Shown one piece after another: positions 38,942 to 48,363 of a DNA stretch of 64,000 nt. The DNA comes from an uncultured Candidatus Saccharibacteria bacterium (GTDB taxonomy: Bacteria; Patescibacteriota; Minisyncoccia; Phycocordibacterales; Zambryskibacteraceae). The stretch covers positions 11 through 64,010 of the forward strand of contig CAZSOL010000002.1 of NCBI GenBank assembly GCA_964608585.1, read 5' to 3'. How positions within the stretch are numbered: the stretch's first letter is position 1; each line of letters begins with the position of its first letter. The position numbers were made by a program, and so were the translations under genes. Below the pieces are notes generated by a model. The model had not been told where the DNA came from. It made no database searches and saw only the letters and a list, made by a program, of their open reading frames with translations.

Positions 38942-38978
38942 CACCACACGCAACACATCGCGTGTGGTGGTTTTTTAT
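38942..38978 (+). terminator. rho-independent terminator (caccacacgc stem + T6)
   Basis: 10-bp stem caccacacgc/gcgtgtggtg, 8-nt loop, TTTTTT; a second acacacac/gtgtgtgt hairpin at 38984-39008 serves the convergent minus-strand gene. Confidence 0.8.
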
Positions 38979-39015
38979 AAAAAACACACACTTTTTGGGT
39001 GTGTGTTTTAATTCC

Positions 39016-39258
39016 TTAGGGGGGAATCTCCCCAGAAACATACTTCCTTAGGTATTCATCCCGATCCTTCCCCCACTGTTCGGCTCTTGCATCTGCTTCA
39101 GCATCACGAATGCGGTCTGCCTCGCGAAGCTTTTCGATTTCCTCATCAGAAGGACCGTTGAGGTAGTCGACATTTGGATCAATAAATGGTTGGGACAGGC
39201 CGATGCCTATGTAACCATTATTATGATCCGGTCTTCCTGAAGACTCGTTTTCGACCAT
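39016..39258 (-). CDS. hypothetical small acidic protein (80 aa), GC-rich, SD GGAGGA
   Basis: ORF with GGAGGATAAAATG context; convergent terminator hairpin downstream. Confidence 0.45.
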   Translation of the reverse strand: MVENESSGRPDHNNGYIGIGLSQPFIDPNVDYLNGPSDEEIEKLREADRIRDAEADARAEQWGKDRDEYLRKYVSGEIPP

Positions 39259-39269
39259 TTTATCCTCCG

Positions 39270-39443
39270 CTATCCACGGCGTTTGAGTTTATCGATGAAA
39301 TCGTCTCGATCTCTGCTCGAAGGACTGCTTGGTGGCAACCCCCTCCTTGGATCAGGAGGATCAGCGAACGTGGTGCGAGGCGGAGTCAAGGGGGGCTCTT
39401 TGCCCCCGCCTCCTGTATCCGTTTGTGGCTTTGAAGCGGTCAT
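39270..39443 (-). CDS. hypothetical Pro-rich small protein (57 aa; below ORF-track cutoff), SD AGGAGGA
   Basis: Manual translation MTASKPQTDTGGGGKEPPLTPPRTTFADPPDPRRGLPPSSPSSRDRDDFIDKLKRRG preceded by AAGAGGAGGAAAG. Confidence 0.35.
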   Translation of the reverse strand: MTASKPQTDTGGGGKEPPLTPPRTTFADPPDPRRGLPPSSPSSRDRDDFIDKLKRRG

Positions 39444-39536
39444 CTTTCCTCCTCTTGTGTAAAAAGAGCGAATCGTATTCCAAATTCAAACTATCTTTAA
39501 ATAGCACTAATGTCAATTAAACTATAGTATATCGAC

Positions 39537-40394
39537 ATGCCAGAACTCCCTGAGGTACAAACAACGGTTAATGGGCTAAATGCCAAAGCACGCGGAAGAA
39601 AGATCGTAAGCGTTTGGACCGACTACAAGAGCAAGCTCCCTATGCACAAAGACTCTATCAAGGAAGAGAGGTTCTTTAGAGAATTTAAGAAAAAGGTTGT
39701 TGGAAAGAAAATTTTGAAAGCCGAAAGACGGGCCAAAAATATTTTGATCCACCTCACAGGTGGGCACACCATACTCGTGCATATGAAGATGACTGGGCAC
39801 TTCGTCTACGATAGATCGGAGTACCCGCACATCCGCTTCTCCCTCACTTTGGACAATGGCAAAGTCTTAGCACTCTCCGATATGAGGCGCTTCGCTAAAG
39901 TAACACTTATAGAGACAGATAAACTCCATGAGTCTAAACACTTGGAAGACATTGGCCCAGAACCGCTTGAGCCCAGCTTCAAGCTTCAAGCCTTTAGCTT
40001 CCAGCTTATTAAAAAGCCAAATGGGAAGATCAAAACCGTTCTTATGGATCCGTCTGTAGTCGCAGGTATTGGTAACATCTACTCAGACGAAATACTCTGG
40101 CGAGCTGATGTGCACCCAGAGTCTAGAGTCTCCAAAATCCCCCAAGCAAATATCTCCAAAATGTTTAAGGCAATGAAGGAGGTCTTGAGGAAGGGTATAG
40201 ACTTCGGTGGAGACTCAATGAGCGATTACAGGAACATAGATGGCGAGCGGGGCGACTTCCAAAACCATCACAAAGCTTATAGAAAAACAGGAGGAAAGTG
40301 TGAGAAAAGCGGGTGTAAAGGCTCTATAGAGCGCCTTATAGTCGGTGGTCGCTCTGCCCATTTTTGTAACAAACACCAGGTAAGATATAATTGA
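39537..40394 (+). CDS. mutM: formamidopyrimidine-DNA glycosylase (Fpg/MutM)
   Basis: N-terminal MPELPEV catalytic Pro2/Glu3, H2TH, C-terminal zinc finger C..C..C..C. Confidence 0.9.
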   Translation: MPELPEVQTTVNGLNAKARGRKIVSVWTDYKSKLPMHKDSIKEERFFREFKKKVVGKKILKAERRAKNILIHLTGGHTILVHMKMTGHFVYDRSEYPHIRFSLTLDNGKVLALSDMRRFAKVTLIETDKLHESKHLEDIGPEPLEPSFKLQAFSFQLIKKPNGKIKTVLMDPSVVAGIGNIYSDEILWRADVHPESRVSKIPQANISKMFKAMKEVLRKGIDFGGDSMSDYRNIDGERGDFQNHHKAYRKTGGKCEKSGCKGSIERLIVGGRSAHFCNKHQVRYN

Positions 40395-40411
40395 GAGGTA
40401 ACAACAAATAT

Positions 40412-40717
40412 ATGAAATCAATACTTATCGCCACATTATTCCTCATCCCTGTAGCCGGCTTTGCTGTCGGTACCGATACAACCGTCTACCCTACCAAGGA
40501 CAAGACCACCACTACCACGTACGACAAGACAAAGACCACCACAACCTACGATAAGGCTAAGACCACTACTACTTATGACAAGACTAAGTACACAGGAGAG
40601 GTGATGACCGAGGCAGTGCGTCAGCAAGAGATGATCAAACTTCAAAATCTTATTGCTCAACTTCTTCAACAACTTATTGCCCTCTTACAAGCTCAGCAAA
40701 AGACTCTAACTCAATAG
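40412..40717 (+). CDS. small secreted protein with Thr-rich tandem repeats (TTTTYDK[TA]K x3) and C-terminal Leu/Gln coiled coil (start at MKSIL)
   Basis: Signal peptide MKSILIATLFLIPVAGFA, 3 tandem 27-33 nt repeats, amphipathic LQ-rich tail. Confidence 0.55.
   Translation: MKSILIATLFLIPVAGFAVGTDTTVYPTKDKTTTTTYDKTKTTTTYDKAKTTTTYDKTKYTGEVMTEAVRQQEMIKLQNLIAQLLQQLIALLQAQQKTLTQ
40502..40588 (+). repeat. three imperfect tandem 27-33-nt coding repeats
   Basis: aagaccaccactaccacgtacgacaagacaaag / accaccacaacctacgataaggctaag / accactactacttatgacaagactaag. Confidence 0.8.
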
Positions 40718-41170
40718 AGTATAGAGAGCTATACCAGTAGAGACAGAGACGTTGAGAGACTCCTTCTTCCCCTTCATCTCTATCTCTAAGACTTCGTCAG
40801 AGACTTCTAAGGCATCCTTGGAGACTCCTTCTACTTCGTTGCCAACTATTAGACACAGCTTATTAGCTTCTAAGCTACTTAGCTTTTTAGCTTTAGGATC
40901 CTGCTCAAGAGATATTATTAAAAATCCTTGAGACTTAAGCTCTTTGAGCAATTCCACGACATCCTCTCTATGCTCCCACTCCATCATCTCCTCTGCACCA
41001 AGAGAGACCTTGGCGAAGTCCGTGCGCTTACGACCGAAGCGGTCTAAGGGTGTGGGGGTCGTACCTATAAGGTAAATTTTACTCACCCCAAGCCCCTCCG
41101 CTGTGCGGAAGATGGAACCCACGTTCTCCACACTTCGTATGTTGTCTAAGACTAAAAAGCATTTGTTCAT
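40706..41170 (-). CDS. SpoU/TrmH-family RNA 2'-O-methyltransferase
   Basis: SPOUT motifs NIRSVENVGSIFRTAEGLGV, LIVGNEVEGVS, SLNVSVSTGIALY. Confidence 0.8.
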   Translation of the reverse strand: MNKCFLVLDNIRSVENVGSIFRTAEGLGVSKIYLIGTTPTPLDRFGRKRTDFAKVSLGAEEMMEWEHREDVVELLKELKSQGFLIISLEQDPKAKKLSSLEANKLCLIVGNEVEGVSKDALEVSDEVLEIEMKGKKESLNVSVSTGIALYTLLS

Positions 41171-41171
41171 A

Positions 41172-42029
41172 TCAAAAAACTAAAAGAGTTAAGCCGAAAA
41201 TCATTATCGCTGTGGCGAAAAGCTTTTTAGACAAATCCCTTTCTTTAAAAAACTCTCCAGCCAAAACAATAGTCCCCAAAACCGAAGTCCTCTTCACCGC
41301 CTCAACCAAACCGACTTCAGCCAGAGACACTGCCTCAATCTGGAACCACCTATAAGCTAAGGTCAGTACAGATATACCTACAATAAACTTCCCAAACTTT
41401 TTGAATCCAAGTTGGAATCCATCACCTTCTGACTTGGTAAAAACAACTAAAAGAAAAAAGTTTATAGCTATAAAGATCTGAACAAGGACTAGATAAGTCA
41501 GAGGAGGTACATTATTAATCCCAACCATATACCTATCTATCGTGGCGCTGAAACCGTATAAGGCTAAAGCCAATAACACTAGAAAGAAGTACTTACGTGG
41601 CAACCCGTCCCTATCACCATCTTTGCTTCTTACAACAATAAAGACACCTATCATTATTAAAATAATTCCGAAAATACCTTGAGCAGATATTTTCTCTCCC
41701 AAAAAGATGAAGGCCACTAAGGTGGTTATGCCTGGACCTAATATAGTTATAGGCACAATAGAGCTTAAGTCGTTGTGCCGTATAGCTCTTACTATGCAAA
41801 AAAAGGCTGTCGCCGATAAAACCGAGCCTAAGTAAATATAAATAAGGGTTAACCCTCCAATCTCTCCAAAATCCACAAAAGGTATAAGAAGCAAAGAAAA
41901 GAGGGCGTTGACCAAAGACAGAGAGAAGGCGAACTCAAGTGAGCGCTCGCTGTTTAAAGTCTTCTTCTCTACCACCCCAGCAAAAGAGGCAAACAAAGCA
42001 GAGAGTAGGGCGTAGGTGAACCAGGGCAT
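41172..42029 (-). CDS. EamA/DMT-family transporter
   Basis: 10-TM pattern with duplicated EamA halves. Confidence 0.7.
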   Translation of the reverse strand: MPWFTYALLSALFASFAGVVEKKTLNSERSLEFAFSLSLVNALFSLLLIPFVDFGEIGGLTLIYIYLGSVLSATAFFCIVRAIRHNDLSSIVPITILGPGITTLVAFIFLGEKISAQGIFGIILIMIGVFIVVRSKDGDRDGLPRKYFFLVLLALALYGFSATIDRYMVGINNVPPLTYLVLVQIFIAINFFLLVVFTKSEGDGFQLGFKKFGKFIVGISVLTLAYRWFQIEAVSLAEVGLVEAVKRTSVLGTIVLAGEFFKERDLSKKLFATAIMIFGLTLLVF

Positions 42030-42417
42030 GATATTATTTAACCATACACTATTAAACAGATTTATGTTAAACCCATTTCCAGACTTACTTATATACTCAA
42101 CCTTTGCCCCCTTCGTCCTAAGAGTAGTACTTGGCTTCGTCTACCTTGATCTTGGTATCTTAAACCTCAAGAAGGAGGGTAACCAGAAGCTCCTAGGTCT
42201 TGTAGAGGTGGTGGGCGCTGTGATGCTCTTCTTCGGCTTCTACACCCAGATAGCGGCTATACTCTTCATCATCATCGGAGCAGTGAGCTTCTACATTGAG
42301 TACAAGGATGCCTCAATACTCAAGCGAGACATCGTCTTCTACCTACTAATACTTGCTATCTCTATCTCTCTCCTCCTTACCGGCGCAGGTGCTTACGCCA
42401 AAGACATACCACTCTAA
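42016..42417 (+). CDS. hypothetical membrane protein (DoxX-like)
   Basis: Four predicted TM helices. Confidence 0.4.
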   Translation: MNQGMILFNHTLLNRFMLNPFPDLLIYSTFAPFVLRVVLGFVYLDLGILNLKKEGNQKLLGLVEVVGAVMLFFGFYTQIAAILFIIIGAVSFYIEYKDASILKRDIVFYLLILAISISLLLTGAGAYAKDIPL

Positions 42418-42421
42418 TTAG

Positions 42422-42492
42422 TGCTCCCACATGGAATCGAACCATGATCAATTGCTTAAAAGGCAACTGCTCTACCACTGAGCTATGGGAGC
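42422..42492 (-). tRNA. tRNA-Lys (TTT)
   Basis: Acceptor GCTCCCA/TGGGAGC, anticodon loop CTTTTAA, T-loop TTCGATT. Confidence 0.85.
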
Positions 42493-42505
42493 CTAGTACT
42501 CTACT

Positions 42506-42979
42506 CTACAGATTTAGTAGGATTTTCTCAATCATTGTCTCCATCTCGCCCTTGCCACGACGAGCATCGTGGTAGCCCACAACCAACGACTCTGAGAGCC
42601 TCTCCAACTCCTCTACCTTCCAGTTCTTGAGACAGCTCTTAAACTTTTTGTATACAAAAGGGTTGAGCCCAGACTCATCGGCACTAGCGGTCTTCGCCGA
42701 CAAGAGAAGGGCTTTAACCCCCCACATCACTCGCCAAAATATTTCGTCAGCAACCATACCACTTGCTAGAGCCTGCTCATACACCACCCACGCCTTCCTC
42801 TTATCTTTCTCACCTATTGCATCTGTAAGGGGAAACACATTAAACCCGCCCGACTGATACCCTTCAGTCGTTCGGGCAGGCTCCTTGTCGACCTCGGAGA
42901 CAAGTCCGACATCTACCCTCTCGCCAAACAAATTTACTCCATAAAATTCGTCACTCATATCTTTTTTAATTCGCCCCAA
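42506..42979 (-). CDS. hypothetical protein, weakly DNA polymerase III delta (HolA) C-terminal-domain-like
   Basis: Helical pattern resembling HolA domain III; overlaps polA stop by 25 nt. Confidence 0.3.
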   Translation of the reverse strand: MGRIKKDMSDEFYGVNLFGERVDVGLVSEVDKEPARTTEGYQSGGFNVFPLTDAIGEKDKRKAWVVYEQALASGMVADEIFWRVMWGVKALLLSAKTASADESGLNPFVYKKFKSCLKNWKVEELERLSESLVVGYHDARRGKGEMETMIEKILLNL

Positions 42980-45348
42980 TTCTTACCGACACTTGCATCA
43001 GCAACTATTGGTACCCCGTGAGTCTCCTTGCCCTCCATAACTCTCTCCATTATATCCTTGAGCTTTGGCGCCACATCCTCTATCAGACCATCCTCAAGCT
43101 CATACACAATTTCGTCATGCACTTGGAGTACGAGCTCCACCTTATCATCCAACTTCTCCTGCTTAAGAAGGTCGTCTATCTGCCTCATAGCGATCTTCAC
43201 TATATCGGCCTCGGTACCTTGGATAGGTGCATTGATAGCCATCCTCTCTGCTCCCGCTCTTATATAAGGAAGTGGCGAACGAAGGCCTGAGAAGTACCTT
43301 CGTCTACCAAACATGGTCTCAGTGTAACCAAGTCGCTCGGCCGAAGCCTTCGTCTCATCCAAATACTTTGAGAGTCCAGAAAAAGTTTCAAAGTAGTTGT
43401 TGTAGAACTCCTGCGCCTCCTTTCTTGTAGATTTTAAATTAGTAGTTAGAGCACTCACTCCCATACCGAAGAGTACACCGAAGTTGATAGTCTTAGCCTT
43501 CGTCCTCATGCTCTTGTCTACCTCCTCTGCCTTAACTCCGAAGACCCTCATCGCTACTCCAGTGTGCACATCCTCCCCGTTTTTGAATATCTCTATAAGC
43601 TTCTCATCTTTAGATAGGATGGCAGCAATGCGAAGCTCTATCTGTGAGTAGTCTAGCGAGAGCAAACTCTTACCCTTCTCTGCTACGAAGGCCTTGCGTA
43701 TCACTCTGCCAAGCTCGGTGCGTATAGGGATGTTTTGTAGCCCGGGGTTCTGCGAAGCCATGCGACCTGTAGCTGCCCCAGAGAGGATGAAGGTGGAGTG
43801 CAGACGAGAGTCTTTGTCTAAGAGCTCTGGGATAGCGTCTATGTAGGTAGAGAGAAGCTTCTGGAGTTCTCGGTAACTAAGGATGAGGTCTATGATTGGG
43901 TGCTTATCCAAGAGCTTCACCAACTCTGACTCCTTGGTTGAGAGAGAGCCCCCTGCTGTCTTCTTCTGTCTTGTGCCAGCAAGACCTAGTTTGACAAAAA
44001 GTATCTCACCGAGTTGCTTAGGAGAGTTGATGTTGAACTCCTCTCCAGCATGCTCCCAGATCTGACTCTCAAGTTTGGACAACCCCTTGTGATACTCCTT
44101 GGACAAATCCTTGAGCAATTTCTTGTCTACTTTGATCCCCACTCTGTTCATCTCCTTGACCACGGGTATGAGGGGCTTCTCTATCTCCTCATATACCTCT
44201 CTACTCTTCCTCTTATCCAACTCGTCATTTACCACCTTCCACGCTCCCTCTATATCCCTAGCTTTGGTAAAGGTCGTTACATCCTCCATAGAAGGGTTGG
44301 TGAGATTAGAGTCTACTACCCAGAGAGCAAGCTTTAACTCCTCGTCTTCGGCGAGACCTCTAGAAGATTCGAGGTCGTCGGAGCCCGTCGGATTTTGACG
44401 GGTTAAGACCGCAGAATCTTTTGAGGTTGAGCCGTTAATCAATCTCTTCACTCTCTCTGGCATCGTGCGAAACTCCAACTTCTGGAAGAGTTCGTTTAGT
44501 TTGTTTGTATCCAACTCCTCTCGCCAAGTCTTTGGCAACTTCCACTCTATAGGCGCATCACGTCTGATGGTGGCCAAGGTCTTAGAGAAGAGGGCTTCCT
44601 CTTCGTTCTCAAGCAACAAGTTTTTTACCCGCTCGGTAATACCTGCTTTTTTATATTCATCTTTCTTCTTAAGAGCTTTGTAGATCTTCTCAATAGAGCC
44701 AAAGGTTTGAATAAGTGAGGTGGCTGTCTTCTCTCCGATACCCTTCACTCCGATGATGTTGTCGGATGGATCTCCACGAAGACCTTTGTAGTCGGGTAAG
44801 AGATCTGGTCCAAAGCCGAAGCGCTCCTCCACCTTCTTCTTGTCATAGAGCACTACATCGGTAAGCCCCTTCCTCAAGGTGTACACTCTTACGCGTGTAC
44901 CATCTATCAAACTCATTGTATCCATATCTCCAGAGGCAATGATGACTTCAAGATTTTTGTCCTTCTTGGTTAGATTAACTATAGTGCCCAAGATGTCGTC
45001 GGCCTCAAACCCAGGCTTTGAGTAGACGGGTATACCCCACGCGGAGAAAACTTCCAAAGACTTATCAATCTGAGTAATGAGGTTCTTGTCCAAATCTTTT
45101 CTGGTCCCCTTGTAGTTCTCGTAGGCCTCGTGTCGGTGCGTCTTCTCTGGGAGGTCAAAGGTGGCCACTATGTAGTTGGGCTTCAAGTCCTCAATGATCT
45201 TTATAAGCATGGAGGCTAGACCGTAGAGAGCTCCTGTCGGCTCGCCACTCGCTGTAGAGAAGTCCGGCAATGCGTGGTAAGCACGATGGATTATCGCGTG
45301 AGCATCAAGGAGTACTAATCTGGATCTCTCTTGTGTTTTCGTCGACAT
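42955..45348 (-). CDS. polA: DNA polymerase I (5'-3' exonuclease + polymerase domains)
   Basis: N-terminal 5'-nuclease (LLDAHAIIHRAYHA), C-terminal family A polymerase motifs. Confidence 0.93.
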   Translation of the reverse strand: MSTKTQERSRLVLLDAHAIIHRAYHALPDFSTASGEPTGALYGLASMLIKIIEDLKPNYIVATFDLPEKTHRHEAYENYKGTRKDLDKNLITQIDKSLEVFSAWGIPVYSKPGFEADDILGTIVNLTKKDKNLEVIIASGDMDTMSLIDGTRVRVYTLRKGLTDVVLYDKKKVEERFGFGPDLLPDYKGLRGDPSDNIIGVKGIGEKTATSLIQTFGSIEKIYKALKKKDEYKKAGITERVKNLLLENEEEALFSKTLATIRRDAPIEWKLPKTWREELDTNKLNELFQKLEFRTMPERVKRLINGSTSKDSAVLTRQNPTGSDDLESSRGLAEDEELKLALWVVDSNLTNPSMEDVTTFTKARDIEGAWKVVNDELDKRKSREVYEEIEKPLIPVVKEMNRVGIKVDKKLLKDLSKEYHKGLSKLESQIWEHAGEEFNINSPKQLGEILFVKLGLAGTRQKKTAGGSLSTKESELVKLLDKHPIIDLILSYRELQKLLSTYIDAIPELLDKDSRLHSTFILSGAATGRMASQNPGLQNIPIRTELGRVIRKAFVAEKGKSLLSLDYSQIELRIAAILSKDEKLIEIFKNGEDVHTGVAMRVFGVKAEEVDKSMRTKAKTINFGVLFGMGVSALTTNLKSTRKEAQEFYNNYFETFSGLSKYLDETKASAERLGYTETMFGRRRYFSGLRSPLPYIRAGAERMAINAPIQGTEADIVKIAMRQIDDLLKQEKLDDKVELVLQVHDEIVYELEDGLIEDVAPKLKDIMERVMEGKETHGVPIVADASVGKNWGELKKI

Positions 45349-45742
45349 GGTTTATGTCTATATGTATAGCACTATTGGGCAAAATATTCTTGACCCGTTC
45401 TGCCCACTCTATAAGTATCAAGTTCTCTCCATTTTCTAGCATCTCTTTGAAGCCCAAAGAGAGCAACTCCTCCTCCATCTCAAGTCTATAAGCGTCTATA
45501 TGTATAAAGTGAGTCCAAGGCTTGTCCTTAAGTTCATACACCCTCTCTATCACAAAAGTGGGACTAGGAATATTTTCCTCCACTCCTAACAACTGACCCA
45601 CAAATTGAGAGAAGGTGGTCTTCCCAGCACCTAGGTCGCCGTTTAGTGCCACAACTGTCGCTGTGTCGTTCGGGCTAAGACTCTTAATAAAGTCTTGAGC
45701 AATCTTCTTGGTGTCCTCACTACTCTTGGAAACATATTTCAT
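45305..45742 (-). CDS. tsaE: tRNA t6A37 biosynthesis ATPase TsaE (YjeE)
   Basis: P-loop LNGDLGAGKTTF and TsaE pattern. Confidence 0.85.
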   Translation of the reverse strand: MKYVSKSSEDTKKIAQDFIKSLSPNDTATVVALNGDLGAGKTTFSQFVGQLLGVEENIPSPTFVIERVYELKDKPWTHFIHIDAYRLEMEEELLSLGFKEMLENGENLILIEWAERVKNILPNSAIHIDINHVDENTREIQISTP

Positions 45743-45754
45743 CTCTCTAATATA

Positions 45755-45786
45755 AAGGAAAAGGCCAGAGATTGCTCTCTGGCCCC
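45755..45786 (-). terminator. rho-independent terminator downstream of GC-rich lipoprotein gene
   Basis: ggccagag-attgct-ctctggcc hairpin followed by T-rich run on minus strand. Confidence 0.7.
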
Positions 45787-45801
45787 TTCTTCCTCAAACG
45801 A

Positions 45802-46170
45802 TCACCGGTCAGGACAACCCCCCGGAAGCCATTGGACAGGCCACGAGTAGTTGTTCTGCGGAGCGGTCGGACCGTTGCCCGACGAAACACTCACGTTATA
45901 CTCGAGCGAACCCAGGGGCTCGTCGTTGTCGAGCCGGAAGCCGGTCGCCACGATAACGAAGCGGTTGTAGCTTGCGCTCGTACCAGTGAGAGAGACATTG
46001 ACCTGCTCACCAGGCATGAGACGTTCGCTGACCACATCATAGTTGCCAGTACCTGCGAGACGACTGATGCGAAGGTAGGCACCTGGGCAGTCGTTCGTCA
46101 CGAGGACGTGGGCCTGCGGATAGCAGGCGGTCATGAGAAGAAGTGAGAAGAGCAAGACCACGAAGCGCAT
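45802..46170 (-). CDS. small lipoprotein (lipobox LLMTAC), GC-rich (about 58%) orphan
   Basis: Signal peptide with L-M-T-A-C lipobox; compositionally foreign; own terminator. Confidence 0.55.
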   Translation of the reverse strand: MRFVVLLFSLLLMTACYPQAHVLVTNDCPGAYLRISRLAGTGNYDVVSERLMPGEQVNVSLTGTSASYNRFVIVATGFRLDNDEPLGSLEYNVSVSSGNGPTAPQNNYSWPVQWLPGGCPDR

Positions 46171-46282
46171 ATGGGTATCCTCAGTAAGTGGTTAATCTTT
46201 ATCTATTATACCACAAGTAGTAGCAGAAAGTCAAGAGCAGATTTAGGCCTAAAATTAAGCTCATTTGAGGTAGAATGTAGCC

Positions 46283-47965
46283 ATGATCCAATTTGATGAG
46301 GACCGACAAAACGAACGTATAAACTATCTCAGGAAGAAGGAGGAAGAAGACTTAGCCTCTACCCTCTCACAAAAGTATGGTGTCCCATATATAGATCTCA
46401 CTGTACACTCCATAAACATTGACGCGCTTAGGATCTTAAAGGAGGAGGAGAGCAGGAAGGCCGAGATAGCCATCTTCAACGTTGTAAACAAAAATATTGA
46501 CGTAGCTGTTCTATCTCCAGAAAGTGAGCGAACAAAAGAAGCTATAGAGAGCTTGAGAAGCAGGGGTTACACCCCAGAGGTATACATGGTCTCACACGCA
46601 TCGCTTGAGAAGGTCTGGGAGAGGTACAAGGACCTCTCATACTCCTTTGAGACAAAGTCTGGAGCCTTAGACATCTCAAACGAAGATATCCTCTCCGTAA
46701 TGAGCCGAGTTAAGAACCTCAGTGACATCAAGCTTGAGATTCAAAACATCTTAGGACAGAAGAAGGCTTATAGAGTCTCAAAAATCTTAGAAATCATCCT
46801 CGCCGGAGGAGTTGCTCTAAATGTCTCCGATATCCACCTAGAGCCTGCCGAGAAGGATGTGCGTCTCAGATACAGAATGGATGGAGTACTTACAGATATC
46901 CTAAACTTTGACCGGGAGACCTTTGACCTACTACTATCAAGAATAAAGCTTGTTTCAAACCTAAAGCTAAACATAAAGGAGAGGGCTCAGGATGGGCGCT
47001 TCTCTATCAAGCTTGAGGATAGTGCTGTGGAAGTGAGAGTCTCACTCCTCCCAGGGGAGAACGGTGAAGCTATAGTGCTCCGCGTCCTCTCTCCAGAGAG
47101 TAACAACGTCACCTTAGACGACCACGACATACACCCAAAGCTCCTTGCGATCATAAAGAAGGAGATAAGAAAGCCAAACGGTATGATCCTAACCACCGGC
47201 CCAACCGGAAGCGGTAAGACTACTACTCTCTATGCCATTCTTAAAGAAATATACTCCCCTGATATAAAAATCATCACCATAGAGAACCCGATTGAGTATC
47301 ACCTCAAGGGTATTGTCCAAACTCAGATAGATGAGGATGGTAGTTACAGCTTCGCCGAAGGACTCAAGAGCTCCCTAAGACAAGATCCAGACGTCATCAT
47401 GGTTGGAGAGATTCGTGATGCAGAGACAGCAACCACAGCAGTGAACGCCGCTCTCACAGGTCACCTTGTGCTCTCAACTCTACACACCAACAACGCAGCA
47501 GGCACCTTCCCCCGCTTGCTTGACCTGGGGATCAACTCCAAGGTGGTCTCCTCTGCGGTAAACATCGCTATTGCCCAAAGACTAGTTAGACGTCTGTGTG
47601 AGAAGTGTAAGAAGGAGGTGCCTCTAGAAGGCGCCACTAAACAACTTTTCGACAAGGTCCTAGACAATATCGTCGACAAAAGCTATCTTGATCAAGTTCA
47701 AAGAGAGAAGATCTGGGAGTCAGTAGGCTGTCCAGATTGCAATGGTACAGGCTTCCAAAGCCGACTAAACATCTTTGAAGCGATCCTTGTAGACGATAAG
47801 ATAGAGGAGGCTGTCATCGATAACCCCTCGGAGAGAGATATCGAGGTTGCCTCAAGAGAGCAAGGTCTTCTTAATCTTGTGGAAGACGGCTTTCTTAAAA
47901 TCCTTGCTGGGCACACATCGTTGGATGAGCTTCGCAGAGTTGTGGATCTTTCTGGTGTAGAATAG
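46283..47965 (+). CDS. pilB: type IV pilus assembly ATPase PilB (GspE family)
   Basis: Walker A GPTGSGKTTT, Asp box, His box, Walker B, C-terminal tetracysteine. Confidence 0.9.
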   Translation: MIQFDEDRQNERINYLRKKEEEDLASTLSQKYGVPYIDLTVHSINIDALRILKEEESRKAEIAIFNVVNKNIDVAVLSPESERTKEAIESLRSRGYTPEVYMVSHASLEKVWERYKDLSYSFETKSGALDISNEDILSVMSRVKNLSDIKLEIQNILGQKKAYRVSKILEIILAGGVALNVSDIHLEPAEKDVRLRYRMDGVLTDILNFDRETFDLLLSRIKLVSNLKLNIKERAQDGRFSIKLEDSAVEVRVSLLPGENGEAIVLRVLSPESNNVTLDDHDIHPKLLAIIKKEIRKPNGMILTTGPTGSGKTTTLYAILKEIYSPDIKIITIENPIEYHLKGIVQTQIDEDGSYSFAEGLKSSLRQDPDVIMVGEIRDAETATTAVNAALTGHLVLSTLHTNNAAGTFPRLLDLGINSKVVSSAVNIAIAQRLVRRLCEKCKKEVPLEGATKQLFDKVLDNIVDKSYLDQVQREKIWESVGCPDCNGTGFQSRLNIFEAILVDDKIEEAVIDNPSERDIEVASREQGLLNLVEDGFLKILAGHTSLDELRRVVDLSGVE

Positions 47966-47976
47966 ATAATATAAAT

Positions 47977-48363
47977 ATGAAAAAAATAATAATCCTTATC
48001 ATCATAATCCTTATCGCGGGCGGAGTTTGGTATTCGCAAAAGCCTAAAGAGGCCACTCTTGAGACCTTGGTCTCAAACTTGATGATGGAGAAGGACTTTC
48101 CTTCCATAAGTGGTTACAAAATTTTTGAAACTTTAGACAACCCAACAGGCCAGTACACAGCGGTGCTGTTTGGTGCTGGTGATAGCGCAAACGCCTTTGC
48201 CTTTGCTGTCTTTGAGGGTGAGATAATACAAAAATCTTTCGTTCTTCAAGAGGAGGGGGTTGGCAATAAGCTTGATAATCTAGTATGGAAGAGTGAGAAG
48301 GAGATCTCTTTTGATCAAACTGTTTCTGGTACAACTCTAACCAAAACTCTTAGTGTTAAGTAA
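47977..48363 (+). CDS. hypothetical membrane-anchored protein
   Basis: N-terminal TM (KKIIILIIIILIAGGVWY) then soluble domain. Confidence 0.5.
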   Translation: MKKIIILIIIILIAGGVWYSQKPKEATLETLVSNLMMEKDFPSISGYKIFETLDNPTGQYTAVLFGAGDSANAFAFAVFEGEIIQKSFVLQEEGVGNKLDNLVWKSEKEISFDQTVSGTTLTKTLSVK

